From NCBI RefSeq assembly GCF_009914755.1, contig NC_060946.1: DNA of 64,000 bases, one strand, 5' to 3'. The notes under the pieces were generated by a model, which did no database searches, was not told the origin of the DNA, and saw only the letters and a list, made by a program, of their open reading frames with translations. Position numbers and translations under genes: made by a program. The first letter of the stretch is position 1; each line of letters begins with the position of its first letter. Shown here one piece after another: positions 63,001 through 64,000 of this stretch. The DNA is from the human T2T-CHM13v2.0 reference genome, Homo sapiens.

Positions 63001-64000
63001 GGAATGGAGTAGAGTGGAATGGCATGTTGTGGAGAGGAATGGAATCGAGTGGAGTGGAATGGAATGGAGTGGAGTTGAATGGATTGGAGAGGAATGGAGT
63101 GGATTGGAGTGGAATGAAAACGAGTGGATTACAGTGGAATGGAGTGGAGTGGAGTAGAGTGATGTGTAATGGAATGGAACAGAGTGGAGTGGAGAAGAGT
63201 GGTGTGGAATGGAATGGAAAGGCATTAAGTGGAATGGAGTGGAATGGAATGGAGTGGAATGGAATGGATTGGAATAGAGTGGAATAAAACAGAATATAGT
63301 GGATGGCAGTGGAAGGGAATTGAGTGGAGTGGAATGGAATGGAGTGGAATGGAATGGAATGGAATGCAGTGGAAATTTGGGGAGAGGAATGGATTGGAAT
63401 GGAGTGTAGTGGGGTGAAATGCAATGGAAAGGAATGGAGTAGAATGGAATGGAATGGAGTTGGATAGAATGTAGTGGACTGCAGTGGAGGTGAATGGAGT
63501 GGAGTGGAATGGATTGGAGTGAGTGTAGTGGAGTAGATGTGAGTGGAGTGGTATTAAGTGGATTAGAATGGAGTGGAGAGGAATGGAATGGAGTTGAAGG
63601 GAATAGAATGGAGAGGAATGGAGTGGATTGGAAGGGAGTGGAGAAGAGTATATTGGAATGGAATGGAGTGGGTTGGAATGCAATGCAAAGGAAAGGAATT
63701 TAATGGAATGGAATGGGATAAAATGCAGTGGGCTTGAATGGAGAGGAGTGGAATGGAGTAGAGTAGAGTGGAATGGAATGGAGTGGAAAGGAATGGATTG
63801 GAATGTAGTGGAATGGAATGGACTGGGCTGCAGTTGAATGGAAGGGATTGGATTGGAATGGAATGGAATGGAGTGGAGTGGAATGGAATGGAATGGATTG
63901 GAATGGAATGGAGTGGAGTGGAATGGAATTGAGTGGAGTGGAGTGGAATGGAATGCTGTGGTATAGAGAGATGTGGAGTGGAATGGAATGGAGTGGAGTG

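Larger units (their letters stand above)
13617..64000 (+). repeat. Diverged Human Satellite 3-like array, (GGAAT/GGAGT)n, running off the window end
   Basis: Continuous 5-bp periodicity of GGAAT and GGAGT with variants (GCAAT, GTAAT, GGATT, GAAAT, AGAAT, TGAAT). The purine-rich strand is + throughout. The ATCGA variant is sparse. The reverse complement is the (CATTC)n of HSat3. Confidence 0.95.

Noticed and set aside
13544-64000. Very long minus-strand ORFs (up to 1075 aa, HSIPF/HSTPL-rich) and many plus-strand MEWNG/VEWSG ORFs
   Set aside because: (CATTC)n/(CACTC)n and their complements contain no stop codon in any frame, so long overlapping ORFs in all frames are expected. There is no domain content or gene structure.
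13617-64000. Telomeric repeat, alpha satellite or HSat2
   Set aside because: No TTAGGG arrays, no AT-rich 171-bp monomers or CENP-B boxes, and none of the HSat2-type CATTCGATTC/GATGAT phase pattern. The period is 5 bp.

Overview
Primate (human-like) genomic DNA that crosses a sharp boundary between euchromatin and satellite DNA. Bases 1 to ~13,600 are non-coding sequence dense in old interspersed repeats: two AluS elements, THE1B, MLT2 and MLT1 solo LTRs, L1M and L2 remnants, MER5/MER94 DNA-transposon fossils and MIR. From ~13,617 to the end of the window (~50 kb) lies one uninterrupted, single-orientation, highly diverged Human Satellite 3-like array. Its pentamers are a mixture of GGAAT and GGAGT, and the + strand is purine-rich. 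No protein-coding gene is supported: the hundreds of HSIPF/HSTPL and MEWNG/VEWSG ORFs are translations of a 5-bp repeat. The most notable structure is a pair of 71-bp non-satellite inserts inside the array (22951-23021 and 23478-23548). They derive from the 3' end of an AluJ-type element and were duplicated together with their satellite flank. The array also contains layered local tandem duplications of 35 bp to ~1 kb and very different ages, and a candidate 54-nt exon lies 100 bp before the array. All calls were made by eye, so subfamily names and boundaries are approximate.
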